64,000 nucleotides of DNA from an uncultured Gammaproteobacteria bacterium. GTDB taxonomy: Bacteria; Patescibacteriota; Microgenomatia; 2-02-FULL-39-11. Shown piece after piece: positions 45,440 to 55,247 of the stretch. Position 1 is the stretch's first letter. Every line of letters begins with the position of its first letter. The stretch is from assembly GCA_964544585.1 (NCBI GenBank), contig CAZJBV010000001.1, positions 45,330-109,329 of the forward strand, in the 5' to 3' direction. The notes under the pieces were generated by a model, which ran no database searches, was not told the origin of the DNA, and was given only the letters and a program-made list of their open reading frames with translations. The position numbers and the translations under genes are program-made.

Positions 45440-45629
45440 CGAAAATTTCCCAAAGAGAGAATGAGAAGGAGAGGCCTGGGATAATGCGAGGCCGCGAAGC
45501 GGCCGAGCAATAAGGTTTATGTTGCGATGATTCCTTTTCCCCTTTACCCCTTTTCCTCATCGCAACATTTTATTTATAATACTAAGAATTATTTATAAAA
45601 TAGTTTCGAGCGTAACTGTAAAGGCTTAC
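45440..45629. repeat. IR2 right copy (inverted)
   Basis: cgaaaatttcccaaagagagaatgagaaggagaggcctggg...tagtttcgagcgtaactgtaaaggcttac is the reverse complement of 36199..36387. Confidence 0.9.
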
Positions 45630-47179
45630 AAAGTCTCTGCGTCTCTTTTAGTTATAACCGTAAATTTATAGGGGCTAGATTTGTTTGAAAAGTAGGCAGT
45701 ATTGGGTAATTGTTCAATATCCTGACCAAAATAGTACTTTAAAATCAAGCGAAAAGTATTTACTGGAGTTATTTCTGGGTATATTAGTTTATCCCCTCCG
45801 AGAGGTAAGTAATAAGCATTGAGGATGGCCATTTTTTGTCTCTTTTCTTCTTCTGTTGCATTTTTCCAATCAAAATTCAGTTCACCTTTTCTGTATGCTT
45901 CCGGGTATGGTCCTTCATCGCCCTGAATAATTATAATGGGTGGATTTTCTTTTGATTTTTCCATGATCGTGTTTACCAATTCCTGTATTTTTTTATTGGC
46001 GAATACTATTTGTTCCTCATAGTTTCTTTTTTCACTTCTTTTATCCGTTTCCTCCTGACTTAAGCAATTTCCATCTTTGTCAAAGACATATGGTTCATGC
46101 GTTAGGAGAAAATGAGCAAATGTAAACGTAGGTTTTGAAATATCAGGCACTTTGGCAATTTCGTCAAACTTGTAGTAAGGTCTTTTGCAGTGAGTGAGCC
46201 GGCTATTAAAAAGCGGGATATTTAGCTTTATTGTAAGTGGATGAAATAATGATTTGCTATACACAATCTCTGAAAACTCAGAGAGCGAAGGCAAATTAAT
46301 ATTTTTATCTGCATTTCTATTCCAGGCCGTTGGACCCCACCATGAGCCGGCATGGATATAGAGATAACCATTTGATTTTAGAAATCTTAAGACAGAATAA
46401 TCCTCAATAAGATCAATAAGGGGTCTAATATCATCTGATTGTCTACCTAAAGATTTTATTAGATCGTCATGATATTCCATATTCAAAGATGAGGATAATG
46501 ATAATTGAGTTTGGGTATAATTTGCCCATGATTTTTGGGGAATAGAAAAATTGCTATCCTGTAGAAACTTTATAAATTGAGAATTGTCAAACTGGTACAC
46601 ATTTTCTAAAATATCGCTTCTTCCATAACGGTCGAATACAAAATAGTAAATATCAGGAGGATTTTTCTGATTTGAGCTGGTCACCTGCCAGGTATATGTT
46701 TTTTCATTCACAGCATAATTCAAAGAATATAATATGTCATATTTTATTATTTCGAAAAGAGATGGAATTAAGAGTGCAATTCCAATAAAGTTAGATATCA
46801 GCATTATCGATATTAGATTGGATTTACTCTTAAGGATTAGGTAGCTTGTTAAGAAAATTATTGCTATTGCAGCAATAAAACCAGGGGTTTGTTTTCCTTG
46901 GAGAAGACTATCTAAAGGTGACTGCCGAAGCAAATCAAAAATATGCCCGTAGCTTAGAATGACTAGTGCTGAGAGGGAAACAATAAGTGATGATTTATAA
47001 ATATTCTTTATAAATATATTCAGAAGAGCAAAGACAAACAAGGTACAGGCCACAATAAAAAATAGAGGCAAAAAAATGCCTGAAATGTGAATTCCTGTAA
47101 TGTTGTGGCTGTAGATAAAAAAGATAGGATAGGAAGAAATAAGAATGGGAAGGAGGATGGGAAATAAATTTTTTCTCAT
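45626..47179 (-). CDS. Membrane-anchored sulfatase/alkaline-phosphatase-superfamily protein (LTA synthase / phosphotransferase-like)
   Basis: N-terminal ~5 TM helices; extracytoplasmic sulfatase-like domain (YYFVFDRYGRSD...); 517 aa. Confidence 0.55.
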   Translation of the reverse strand: MRKNLFPILLPILISSYPIFFIYSHNITGIHISGIFLPLFFIVACTLFVFALLNIFIKNIYKSSLIVSLSALVILSYGHIFDLLRQSPLDSLLQGKQTPGFIAAIAIIFLTSYLILKSKSNLISIMLISNFIGIALLIPSLFEIIKYDILYSLNYAVNEKTYTWQVTSSNQKNPPDIYYFVFDRYGRSDILENVYQFDNSQFIKFLQDSNFSIPQKSWANYTQTQLSLSSSLNMEYHDDLIKSLGRQSDDIRPLIDLIEDYSVLRFLKSNGYLYIHAGSWWGPTAWNRNADKNINLPSLSEFSEIVYSKSLFHPLTIKLNIPLFNSRLTHCKRPYYKFDEIAKVPDISKPTFTFAHFLLTHEPYVFDKDGNCLSQEETDKRSEKRNYEEQIVFANKKIQELVNTIMEKSKENPPIIIIQGDEGPYPEAYRKGELNFDWKNATEEEKRQKMAILNAYYLPLGGDKLIYPEITPVNTFRLILKYYFGQDIEQLPNTAYFSNKSSPYKFTVITKRDAETL

Positions 47180-47237
47180 AGTTTAAATTCAATTATAAAA
47201 GATTATGACGTCTAATGTACGGGTCTCGGGTACAAAA

Positions 47238-48356
47238 TTATTCCTTTAAATCGATGACTCGGATCGCGCGGGTGGGAGACAGGCGCGGAGAAGGAGAAGG
47301 TGGCGGTCCGATGGAAGAGTGAATGTAAAACTTTACCTCTTCCCATTTATTTTTTCCTTTTTGGGGAATGAGAATATACTGACCGTCATCGGAATAGTCG
47401 TATTTCAAGACATTATCTATATCTGGCGATACGGTATAGACTTTATAATCATCTTTGTGTGGCGCTTGTGACAGGAGAGAGGTTATATCAAGGGGTGTGA
47501 GGTCTGTTTGCACATAAAGACTTAGGGTTTCAAACAGTGAGGGAATTTTGGGCAGAATTGAGGGATTTAAAAGCTTTTTTGATAGTGCCTCCAAAATAAG
47601 TTGCTGCCTTTTGGCGCGGGCAAAATCTCCTTGTTCGCCGGCTCCGTGACGGGATCTGACATACTTTAAGGCTGTATCTCCATCCATGGTTTTTATACCG
47701 GCGCTAAAAGTAGCTATCTCAAATCTACAAGGAAAAGATTGCCGGGGCTTATCTTTAAATTCTTCAAGCGCTTTTTCCAGTTCCTCTCCCTCTTTTCCGC
47801 AGGTGTCTGCCTCTTTGCCGGCGATGGGGAATTCTTTATCCTCGAATGATTTTTCGACATTGACAGTTATCCCGCCAAGATTGTCGATTGCCTGAATAAA
47901 TCCATCAAAGTTGACTATAACTACTTTTGTTACGGGAAAACCGGTTATTTGGGAAATTGTCCTTTTTATAAGTTCTGAATCTGATGTGGGGTCGTGCTGT
48001 TTTTTATTTTTATTGAAACGTTCCAGTTGATATAAAGTATTTATTTTTGCAAACGTGCCTTTTTTATCGGGTCTTTCTACCCAAAGGTCACGGGGAATTG
48101 AAATTAAGGAAGCTATTTTTTTTGTTTTATTTATGCTGACCGTAAGGATAGTATCTGTGAGAAATGCGCCATCGTGTTTCCCCCCGGGGTAGCCTAGAAG
48201 AAGGATAGAATATATATCATCTGATGGTGTGGGGATAGGCATATTTCCAAAGAGTGGGCTTTTTGTAGTTTGGGAATTTTTGGACAAGGTCTTCCATCCG
48301 AAAAATATTATCAATCCAATAATAGAAATAATGATAAAAGACTTGAGCTTTTGCAC
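47238..48356 (-). CDS. LytR-CpsA-Psr (LCP) family cell-wall polymer transferase
   Basis: LCP core LLGYPGG...GAFLTDTILTVSIN...ISIPRDLWV; ORF-track start (48440) overlaps the plus-strand response regulator, so a GTG start about 48356 is more plausible. Confidence 0.65.
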   Translation of the reverse strand: MQKLKSFIIISIIGLIIFFGWKTLSKNSQTTKSPLFGNMPIPTPSDDIYSILLLGYPGGKHDGAFLTDTILTVSINKTKKIASLISIPRDLWVERPDKKGTFAKINTLYQLERFNKNKKQHDPTSDSELIKRTISQITGFPVTKVVIVNFDGFIQAIDNLGGITVNVEKSFEDKEFPIAGKEADTCGKEGEELEKALEEFKDKPRQSFPCRFEIATFSAGIKTMDGDTALKYVRSRHGAGEQGDFARAKRQQLILEALSKKLLNPSILPKIPSLFETLSLYVQTDLTPLDITSLLSQAPHKDDYKVYTVSPDIDNVLKYDYSDDGQYILIPQKGKNKWEEVKFYIHSSIGPPPSPSPRLSPTRAIRVIDLKE

Positions 48357-48386
48357 TATTAAATTATAATAGTAGATAAACAATTT

Positions 48387-48749
48387 ATGAAGAAAGTACT
48401 TTTTATTGATGATGATGCGAGTCTGACGAGGGTGTACCACCAGCGATTATCGGCTGAGGGATATGAAGTAATAAGCGCCGCAACGGCAGAAGATGGATTG
48501 AAAATTTTAGAAACTAACCAACCTGATTTGGTGGTTTTGGATATTATGCTTCCGGGAGCGATGAGTGGCATGGACCTCTTGGAAAAAATTAAAAGAGATT
48601 ATAAACTTAATAAGATTCCGACAATTATGCTGTCAAATATTGACAGTCACATGGTCAAATCGCTTGAATTGGGGGCAACGTGGTATTTTGTCAAAGCGAA
48701 TTCTTCTTTGGATGAAGTAATAAAAAAGGTGAAGTCAATCATCGGCTAG
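48387..48749 (+). CDS. Stand-alone response-regulator receiver (CheY-like REC) protein
   Basis: KKVLFIDDD...DLVVLDIMLPG...TIMLS with phospho-acceptor Asp; 120 aa, no output domain. Confidence 0.8.
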   Translation: MKKVLFIDDDASLTRVYHQRLSAEGYEVISAATAEDGLKILETNQPDLVVLDIMLPGAMSGMDLLEKIKRDYKLNKIPTIMLSNIDSHMVKSLELGATWYFVKANSSLDEVIKKVKSIIG

Positions 48750-49639
48750 GTGATATTGCGAGGAAGAAGTACACTAAATTCAGTGCCTTTGTCTACAGTT
48801 GAAGAGACCTTTATTTTCCCGTTCATAGCGTCAATTATAGCTTTGACTAAATAGAGACCTAGTCCGTGTCCACTAGGAGCAAAACTTTTGGCATTGGAAG
48901 CCCGAAAAAGTTTTGCGAAAATTTTATCTATTTCTTTTACGGGAATGCCGATACCGGTATCTTTAACTTTTATTTCAACTTCTTTAGGATCATCCAAAAT
49001 GGCAACCTCTAGAATCCCCCCAGTTTTACTATACTTGACGGCATTTTCTAATAGGTTTTTGACGACTATTTTAAAAACATTTTCTTCCATAGGCATGAAA
49101 ACTTGCCCGCTTCCATATTTTGTCCTAAATGACAATTGTTTTGCCGATATTTCTGGTCTCAATTCCGTCACGACCTGTTTTGTCAGATTGATAATGTTGG
49201 ACTTTTGGATAGCCGGTAGTTGCCTGAGCGCACCGAATGTAGAGATATTTAAAAGGACGTCGGTCAATTCCGCCAATCTTTTTGACTCTGTACCAATATC
49301 ATCTAAAACTCTTTTTATATCTTTGCCTAGATTTTTCTTCTTGAGTAAGCCCTCTGTCTCCCATCTAATATGAGTAATGGGGTTTCGCAGTTGATGGGCG
49401 GCAAAAGCGATAAAGTCCTCTTTGGTTCTAACCTCTTTTAAATTATTCGCCAATTCAAGTTCCTCGTCTCTTTTTCTTAGGATGTACCAACAAATAATGA
49501 TGATATTAAGGCCTACCAATAAACTCAGAATGTGAATAATACTAAGTTGGGCCCCCTGAAAAATATGAAGGCTGACTTTGAGGAGATTGTATGAAAAAAA
49601 AATGCCACCGAGGAGTGTACCAATAAGGAGAAGTTTCAT
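48746..49639 (-). CDS. Sensor histidine kinase (HisKA + HATPase_c)
   Basis: H-box FAAHQLRNP; G-boxes DTGIGIP and GHGLGLYLV; start set at MKLLLIGTLL to avoid 80-nt overlap with sortase gene. Confidence 0.75.
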   Translation of the reverse strand: MKLLLIGTLLGGIFFSYNLLKVSLHIFQGAQLSIIHILSLLVGLNIIIICWYILRKRDEELELANNLKEVRTKEDFIAFAAHQLRNPITHIRWETEGLLKKKNLGKDIKRVLDDIGTESKRLAELTDVLLNISTFGALRQLPAIQKSNIINLTKQVVTELRPEISAKQLSFRTKYGSGQVFMPMEENVFKIVVKNLLENAVKYSKTGGILEVAILDDPKEVEIKVKDTGIGIPVKEIDKIFAKLFRASNAKSFAPSGHGLGLYLVKAIIDAMNGKIKVSSTVDKGTEFSVLLPRNIT

Positions 49640-49676
49640 ATTAGTAATTCTACTATGGCAAATTGGGGTTTCGCGG

Positions 49677-50213
49677 TCAAGTAAGGAGGGCGACGATGAC
49701 AAATCGTTTGGAATCAAAAAAGCCGGTACAGGTATATAGAGTAAGGCGAACGTCATTGGAGGGATCGAGAATCTGAAAGTCTGTAGGACTGACTACGGTC
49801 GTATATTTAATAGTAAATTTTTTAATGGAGCGATCATCAAATTCTATGACTATTTCCTGACCTGGCCGGGCATTGGGCAGGTTTCCCAAGAGATTTGTCC
49901 AATTATGTCCGTATAAAATGCTATTTCCAACTTCGCCGGGGATAACTGATGATGAGAGGTAAGAGACTCCTTCGGTTGATGCCTCCCACTGTCCTTTTGC
50001 TAGAGTGGCCGGATAAATAGGAAGATCAATGCCGAGTTTTTTAATGGTTATTCTTTTGGGGAGTCTTTTAACGGCAAGAGTGTTCTTGGATGGATAAGTG
50101 TTGATGTCAAAAGAGAGACGACGAGGGGAATTTCTCTGCCAGACTAAATATGATGTAAAAATTAATGAAAGAAGACCAATAGTTATAAATGTGTAAGAGA
50201 AGAAGCGCTTCAT
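49677..50213 (-). CDS. Sortase (class E-like)
   Basis: Catalytic His in ILYGHNW, Cys in TLYTCTG (TLxTC), downstream Arg; N-terminal membrane anchor. Confidence 0.75.
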   Translation of the reverse strand: MKRFFSYTFITIGLLSLIFTSYLVWQRNSPRRLSFDINTYPSKNTLAVKRLPKRITIKKLGIDLPIYPATLAKGQWEASTEGVSYLSSSVIPGEVGNSILYGHNWTNLLGNLPNARPGQEIVIEFDDRSIKKFTIKYTTVVSPTDFQILDPSNDVRLTLYTCTGFFDSKRFVIVALLT

Positions 50214-50797
50214 TTCTCTTTTTTTAGATAAAGTCCCAGAGAAAGTGAGATAAAGCCAAGTGAGCCTAGGATAAAGATTGGAAGAATGCCTCCTGTTGCG
50301 GCGAGTCCTAAAACAGATCCGATGGAGGTCGAGGTTCCGGCGACAGTTCCTCCCCCGCTGCCGTTATCAGAGGTTGATCCATTTGTTCCTCCACTGCAGG
50401 AATAGTTGGCATTTTGGACTAAATATGGATCGTCTTCGAGTCCCCAAACAACACCAGTAGGAATGAATGTCCAGCCCTGGGAAAGAAGAATATCTATTTC
50501 TTGCCCTGTCAACGAATTTACATTCCACCAGTTTGTTTGAATTCCATTGCCGTCCTCAGCACAGAAGCACTGGACGTGATTTCCCGAGCCTAAATCATAA
50601 ACTGTATCGGACCCGGAAAATGAACTAGTATTACCTGGAATTCCGTGGGTACCTGATGGATAACTGACTTTGACTGTGCCTGTCGGATTTGTGCATGATG
50701 GGAATGAAGGAGGAGTTGTCTGGGCCAGAACAACTGAATGAACGCTGAATAAAAATGCGATGGCGATCGTTAAGCTTTGAATTATTTTTCTGGACAT
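50210..50797 (-). CDS. Secreted cell-wall-anchored protein with LAATG sorting signal
   Basis: Signal peptide; C-terminal LAATGG + hydrophobic segment + KKEK tail (LAxTG is the class E sortase motif); gene overlaps sortase start. Confidence 0.65.
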   Translation of the reverse strand: MSRKIIQSLTIAIAFLFSVHSVVLAQTTPPSFPSCTNPTGTVKVSYPSGTHGIPGNTSSFSGSDTVYDLGSGNHVQCFCAEDGNGIQTNWWNVNSLTGQEIDILLSQGWTFIPTGVVWGLEDDPYLVQNANYSCSGGTNGSTSDNGSGGGTVAGTSTSIGSVLGLAATGGILPIFILGSLGFISLSLGLYLKKEK

Positions 50798-50876
50798 TTT
50801 TGGGGGGCAAGAGGACAGCTTGTTTTATAGGAAATATTATGGGATTATAACATACTCCTTCAATTTTTACTAATTT

Positions 50877-52109
50877 TTACCATCCTAGGAGTTTGTATAG
50901 ATTTTTAAGAAATTTATAAATTAAATCAGGGTCCTTTTTAGACATAATGATAGGATCTTGATTTATATTATTCGGATCAAGTGTTATTGAGTAATATCCC
51001 GAAGCTTCAATTTTTAGACTTTTGCCGTGATTACTATAAAATAAGCTAAAATTGCCATTTTTATCTGTAGTTATAGACTGGGAAGAAATAGATACAGAAG
51101 CACCTATTATGGGCTGTTTTAATTCGTTAATTATTTTACCTTTAATAATTTTAGGAGAATAATATGATGTCACGACGTCTGCTGCCATTCTTTTTGTCCC
51201 GTCCGGATTCCAAAGTTGGGTCGAACCACCGACGCTGACCCAATAGTTTAGACCGATGAGATTTTTCTCGCTGGTTAATTTTTCCAGGGTCTCGGCTAAA
51301 TATTGAGCTTGATCGGTTTCACTTAAATTACCATGGATATCCGGAATGGGAGCACCGAATTCGCCCAAAATTATCTTTCCTCCCGAATTTAGGGCATAAT
51401 TTTTGATATCCTTTAATAGTTTATCCGGACTTCTGACATAATGATCGATGACGACTACTCCGTCGAGGGCTTTGGTTGTCGGGCGATCCATAATTATACT
51501 GGCGACGTCTCCATTCATAGAATATGTATTAGCCATGACATTTTTGCCAATTTTATTAAATGCATTTTTGGCAGCTTGGTATTCCTCAATGAGAAATTTA
51601 CGGTGGCCAGTGATGTCTCCGGTGCGTCTCGGGTCTCCGGGACCACCGTTTTCGCATTCGGTGCATGATGTAAAAAGATCGCCATCTTCGAATAATTCAG
51701 GATTTCTTTCAATAAAATCTTTTGTCTTTTGGATGTGTTCTTCTCTATTTATGCTTGTGTAGCCAAACCATTTTTCCCAACCAGAAAAATTGCCACGGAA
51801 CCAGACATTGAGGTCATACTTTCTGGCGGTGGAAACCCAGCGTTTTAGGAAGGGAATAAATTCTTCGTCGTAGGGGGTGCCGATGGCAATATGAGTTGCT
51901 CCTGTTTGGGAAATATTTCTGACCTGTTCATCGATAGTTCTGTCGAAGCTTTTGTCTTTTAATTTTTCCCGGGCAATGTCGCGGGAATATTTCATGACAT
52001 CTATAGACTGGATTTGCCACCAGGAATGACGGGGGTCGATTGCCTCCGGTTTTTCGATTAAGAGAAAAAAGAAGCTGAAAATTAAAAGTAAAATCAAATA
52101 CTTGGTCAT
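50877..52109 (-). CDS. Putative secreted glycoside hydrolase (TIM-barrel, GH5/GH113-like) with C-terminal carboxypeptidase-regulatory-like beta-sandwich
   Basis: ILGEFGAP nucleophile-like segment; C-terminal GASVSISSQSITTDKNGNFSLFY motif; weak. Confidence 0.4.
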   Translation of the reverse strand: MTKYLILLLIFSFFFLLIEKPEAIDPRHSWWQIQSIDVMKYSRDIAREKLKDKSFDRTIDEQVRNISQTGATHIAIGTPYDEEFIPFLKRWVSTARKYDLNVWFRGNFSGWEKWFGYTSINREEHIQKTKDFIERNPELFEDGDLFTSCTECENGGPGDPRRTGDITGHRKFLIEEYQAAKNAFNKIGKNVMANTYSMNGDVASIIMDRPTTKALDGVVVIDHYVRSPDKLLKDIKNYALNSGGKIILGEFGAPIPDIHGNLSETDQAQYLAETLEKLTSEKNLIGLNYWVSVGGSTQLWNPDGTKRMAADVVTSYYSPKIIKGKIINELKQPIIGASVSISSQSITTDKNGNFSLFYSNHGKSLKIEASGYYSITLDPNNINQDPIIMSKKDPDLIYKFLKNLYKLLGW

Positions 52110-52110
52110 A

Positions 52111-53733
52111 TTATTTATTATTTTTTAAAGTAGGATCAGTATTTAGTTCGGCAATAAATTCTTCTCTCAGTTGATAAACGTCAGCAAATGGATATTCTGC
52201 CACTTTGTCATATAGCTTAAATCCGGGGACGCGGCTGACTGCTTTCCAAGTTAGGTCGTTGTCGTCGTGCGTCCTCATGACGATCCAGCGGGCCCAGCGA
52301 TCCGGAGAAGTGGTGGCGCTTTCCCAGTATGAGCCCGTTCCTTCGTGGATAAAGCGCTTCATGGGTAATCCCGATGAGAAGATAATGGCGTCGTGGGAGG
52401 CAGCAGAGATAAGGATAAAACCTTTTTTGTCTGTGGCATGTGCTTTTAAATATCCGCTTACTTCTGAGACATTTTTCTGGCTGGAGCCGACGAGGGCATC
52501 ATCTATCGTGACCGCATCGCCATTGAGAAAAGAAAATGTAGTTACAAAAAGAAGGAGTCCAACGATAACCCATTTAAGATTTGCAAGTCTATAGATTAGA
52601 TAACCAACAAAGATGGCAATTGAAGGCATCATCATCACACCGTAGCGGACATTAAACCAGGTATCGCCTGATATCCCCTGAACGAAAAGAACGCTGTGAC
52701 CTAATACCAAGGCTAAAATATTGAAAAGAAAGGGGGTAAAAAGAAGGCCAATTATGCTTGCGCGCAGACTTAATTTTATGGATTTATCGAGGAGTAAAAG
52801 TATTGCGCCTACCAAACCTAACAGAGCGGTAAAGGCGCCGGAATTGAATATAAGTGCATAGAGATAGACTTTTAGGGATAAGATTAGATCTCCTTTGGTG
52901 GCGAGAACGCCTGCTTCTTCGAGCTGCTGCTGCTGGGCTCTGGCTGAAAATGGTCCAAAAGCAAAGTAGAGAGCGTCTTTAAAGATTAATTGGTTCCAGA
53001 GAAACCAAAGTGCGATTCCAAACCCTGCCAGTGTGACAAAAAGAATTGTCAGTCCCTCTGCGGTTTTGTATCCTTTTTCTTTTAATACTTTGAGGCCAAC
53101 AAGAAGTGTTGACATAAAAAGTAGAAACCAACCGTCATAGCGGACGAGGGTAGCGAGCATAATCCAAAATGCGGCCCGAATAATATAAATTATTTCAACT
53201 TTTTTAAACCAGGTGACAAGCTCGTAGACACCGAGTGTCATTGTGCCTATGAGTAACAATTCCGTCATGGCAATTGATTGAAGATATAAGACGTTTAAAT
53301 TAGCCACAAAGACAAAAACTCCTACCAGACGGCCGAATAAGCCGACTTTTAAGAAAGAGAGGAATTTATAGATAACGATGCTGGTAATGACAAACGAGAT
53401 CATTGACTGGAGGCTTCCAGAGAGTCCTGAGTGCCAGAAGAAATCATTCCAGACAGTCGGAACCATGAGGACGTGAGGAAGCGGGAGCCAGACTGATCCG
53501 AGTTGAGCAAGTCCGGGTTTTAAACCTTCCACGACACGGCGGCCTATATCCAGATGTGATCGGGCATCATTGTAAGAAAGACTGAGGCCAATCTGATAAT
53601 AATAGACAAAGAGAATTACTGATACGGAAGATAAAAAACCTATGATAAATATGAATAGATACTTATTGGAATTGTCTTTTAGAGAAGTGAAAATTTTTTC
53701 CGGTAGCGTAATTGTCAATTCTAGTGATTTCAT
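52111..53733 (-). CDS. Large polytopic membrane protein (GT-C-like / DUF2079-like, putative glycosyltransferase)
   Basis: About 12 predicted TM helices with large C-terminal soluble domain; in glycosylation gene cluster. Confidence 0.4.
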   Translation of the reverse strand: MKSLELTITLPEKIFTSLKDNSNKYLFIFIIGFLSSVSVILFVYYYQIGLSLSYNDARSHLDIGRRVVEGLKPGLAQLGSVWLPLPHVLMVPTVWNDFFWHSGLSGSLQSMISFVITSIVIYKFLSFLKVGLFGRLVGVFVFVANLNVLYLQSIAMTELLLIGTMTLGVYELVTWFKKVEIIYIIRAAFWIMLATLVRYDGWFLLFMSTLLVGLKVLKEKGYKTAEGLTILFVTLAGFGIALWFLWNQLIFKDALYFAFGPFSARAQQQQLEEAGVLATKGDLILSLKVYLYALIFNSGAFTALLGLVGAILLLLDKSIKLSLRASIIGLLFTPFLFNILALVLGHSVLFVQGISGDTWFNVRYGVMMMPSIAIFVGYLIYRLANLKWVIVGLLLFVTTFSFLNGDAVTIDDALVGSSQKNVSEVSGYLKAHATDKKGFILISAASHDAIIFSSGLPMKRFIHEGTGSYWESATTSPDRWARWIVMRTHDDNDLTWKAVSRVPGFKLYDKVAEYPFADVYQLREEFIAELNTDPTLKNNK

Positions 53734-55247
53734 ATATTTTCCCTTTCTCTAATTTGATCTTTTTGAGTAGCAATTAAGCTAATAAATAATATAGATGATA
53801 TTACTACTAGATAGGACGTGACAAAATATCTTGCGGAAATAAATTTTGCGAAATATAGATTGTAGGCAATTGAACTTGAGAAATCTTTTTCCAACAATTT
53901 CAGATTATATTGGTATGTATGAGGAATGGGCTCTGATAAATTGACTGCTTCTACTTTGGGCGGAACAGCATTGGTGGTGATTGCACCGACGAGAGAGATT
54001 GTTATGCTATATATGGAAATAACAGCAAACACGATCACGAAAGTTTTGTTTTGTTTAAATTTTTCTATTAATACTCCAATACCTGCTGAGGCTATTGCCG
54101 TTGCCGGAAGTAAGTATCTGGGACCAAAGGACCAGCCACCCCAAGGATCGCCAAACATAGAGTAGGAAGTAACAACTGTGAGGATGACGGCTACAGCCAA
54201 TATGGTATTGCCATTTACGTTTTTCTTCTTTAAGCTGACATACAGACCTATAAATCCAATGATAATAACTGGAGAATAAATCAACCAACCTCTTTCGTCG
54301 CTTATAAGAAGTATATAAAGACCGTTTAGTTGATTTCTGGTATCGAAGGGTAGCTTTTTTTCTATTTGCAATTTCTTTGTTCCACTTCGTGGTTTGGCGA
54401 TAATTTTTCCATTTACCTCCATCACATCCGATCTTCCGATTAGCTGGCCGGTTAAGGTATATGAGCCGGTGAGAGTATGATTGTACCAACCAAAAAGGGC
54501 AAGAAAAGGCAGTATGCCAAATATCAGTCCTACTATATTTAATTTTAGTGAAAGAGCGACTTTTTCCTCAATTTGCTTTTTGTCAAATGATTTATAAAGA
54601 GCATAAAGTAGAACCGGTATAAAGAAAAAGGCGTTAGGTATATCTGCCAATAATCCTATTCCGAATAAACCTCCCAGGACAACATTCTTGAGAAATGTTC
54701 TTTTACCGAAGAGATTTAAAAGCGAAAGAAGAATGACCAAAATGGTGAGGTGATGCTGGGTATATGTGGTGGCATAGGATAGTGCATTGGTGCCGAAAAG
54801 GAAAATAAATCCTGCTATATATGATGCTATATTGCCTGCACCGAATTTTCTGGATAGTTTTGCCACAAGGAGCATGTTTATAAAGGCAAGGATGACGTTT
54901 AGAAGATAGGTAGTGAATTGAGGAAAGCCAAAATATTTTCCTATTATATATAGCGGTACGCCTAAAAATGATACACCCGGGGTAAAGATGGAGAAAAATT
55001 TTCCATTGTGATAGACGACGTCGGGTGTAGCAAATTTGGCCTCTTTGGGGGTCAATTCAAAAGAGAATCGATCGGCTATAGCTTGAGTTAGTGCATAACG
55101 CGAGCTATTGTTGGAAGACTCAAATGGACCGCCAAGTGTAGTATCGTATTCTTTCTGATAAGCAATCGGCTCGCCCACTTTGCCTCTAACTAAACCCAAA
55201 AGAAATATTAAGCTCATAATTATTATTAGTAATTTGAATTTTTTCAT
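53730..55247 (-). CDS. GT-C family (GT39/83, ArnT/PMT-like) membrane glycosyltransferase
   Basis: N-terminal TM + first extracytoplasmic loop with acidic residues, about 11 TM helices, 505 aa. Confidence 0.5.
   Translation of the reverse strand: MKKFKLLIIIMSLIFLLGLVRGKVGEPIAYQKEYDTTLGGPFESSNNSSRYALTQAIADRFSFELTPKEAKFATPDVVYHNGKFFSIFTPGVSFLGVPLYIIGKYFGFPQFTTYLLNVILAFINMLLVAKLSRKFGAGNIASYIAGFIFLFGTNALSYATTYTQHHLTILVILLSLLNLFGKRTFLKNVVLGGLFGIGLLADIPNAFFFIPVLLYALYKSFDKKQIEEKVALSLKLNIVGLIFGILPFLALFGWYNHTLTGSYTLTGQLIGRSDVMEVNGKIIAKPRSGTKKLQIEKKLPFDTRNQLNGLYILLISDERGWLIYSPVIIIGFIGLYVSLKKKNVNGNTILAVAVILTVVTSYSMFGDPWGGWSFGPRYLLPATAIASAGIGVLIEKFKQNKTFVIVFAVISIYSITISLVGAITTNAVPPKVEAVNLSEPIPHTYQYNLKLLEKDFSSSIAYNLYFAKFISARYFVTSYLVVISSILFISLIATQKDQIRERENI

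Larger units (their letters stand above)
34386..45629. mobile_element. tRNA-Glu-adjacent ~11.3-kb putative integrative/invertible element: serine-recombinase module (IR1-bounded) + 9-kb cargo module (IR2-bounded)
   Basis: Begins at tRNA 3' end; large serine recombinase; nested long inverted repeats; cargo of nucleases/accessory genes and GC-rich structured DNA unlike flanking housekeeping genes. Confidence 0.5.
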
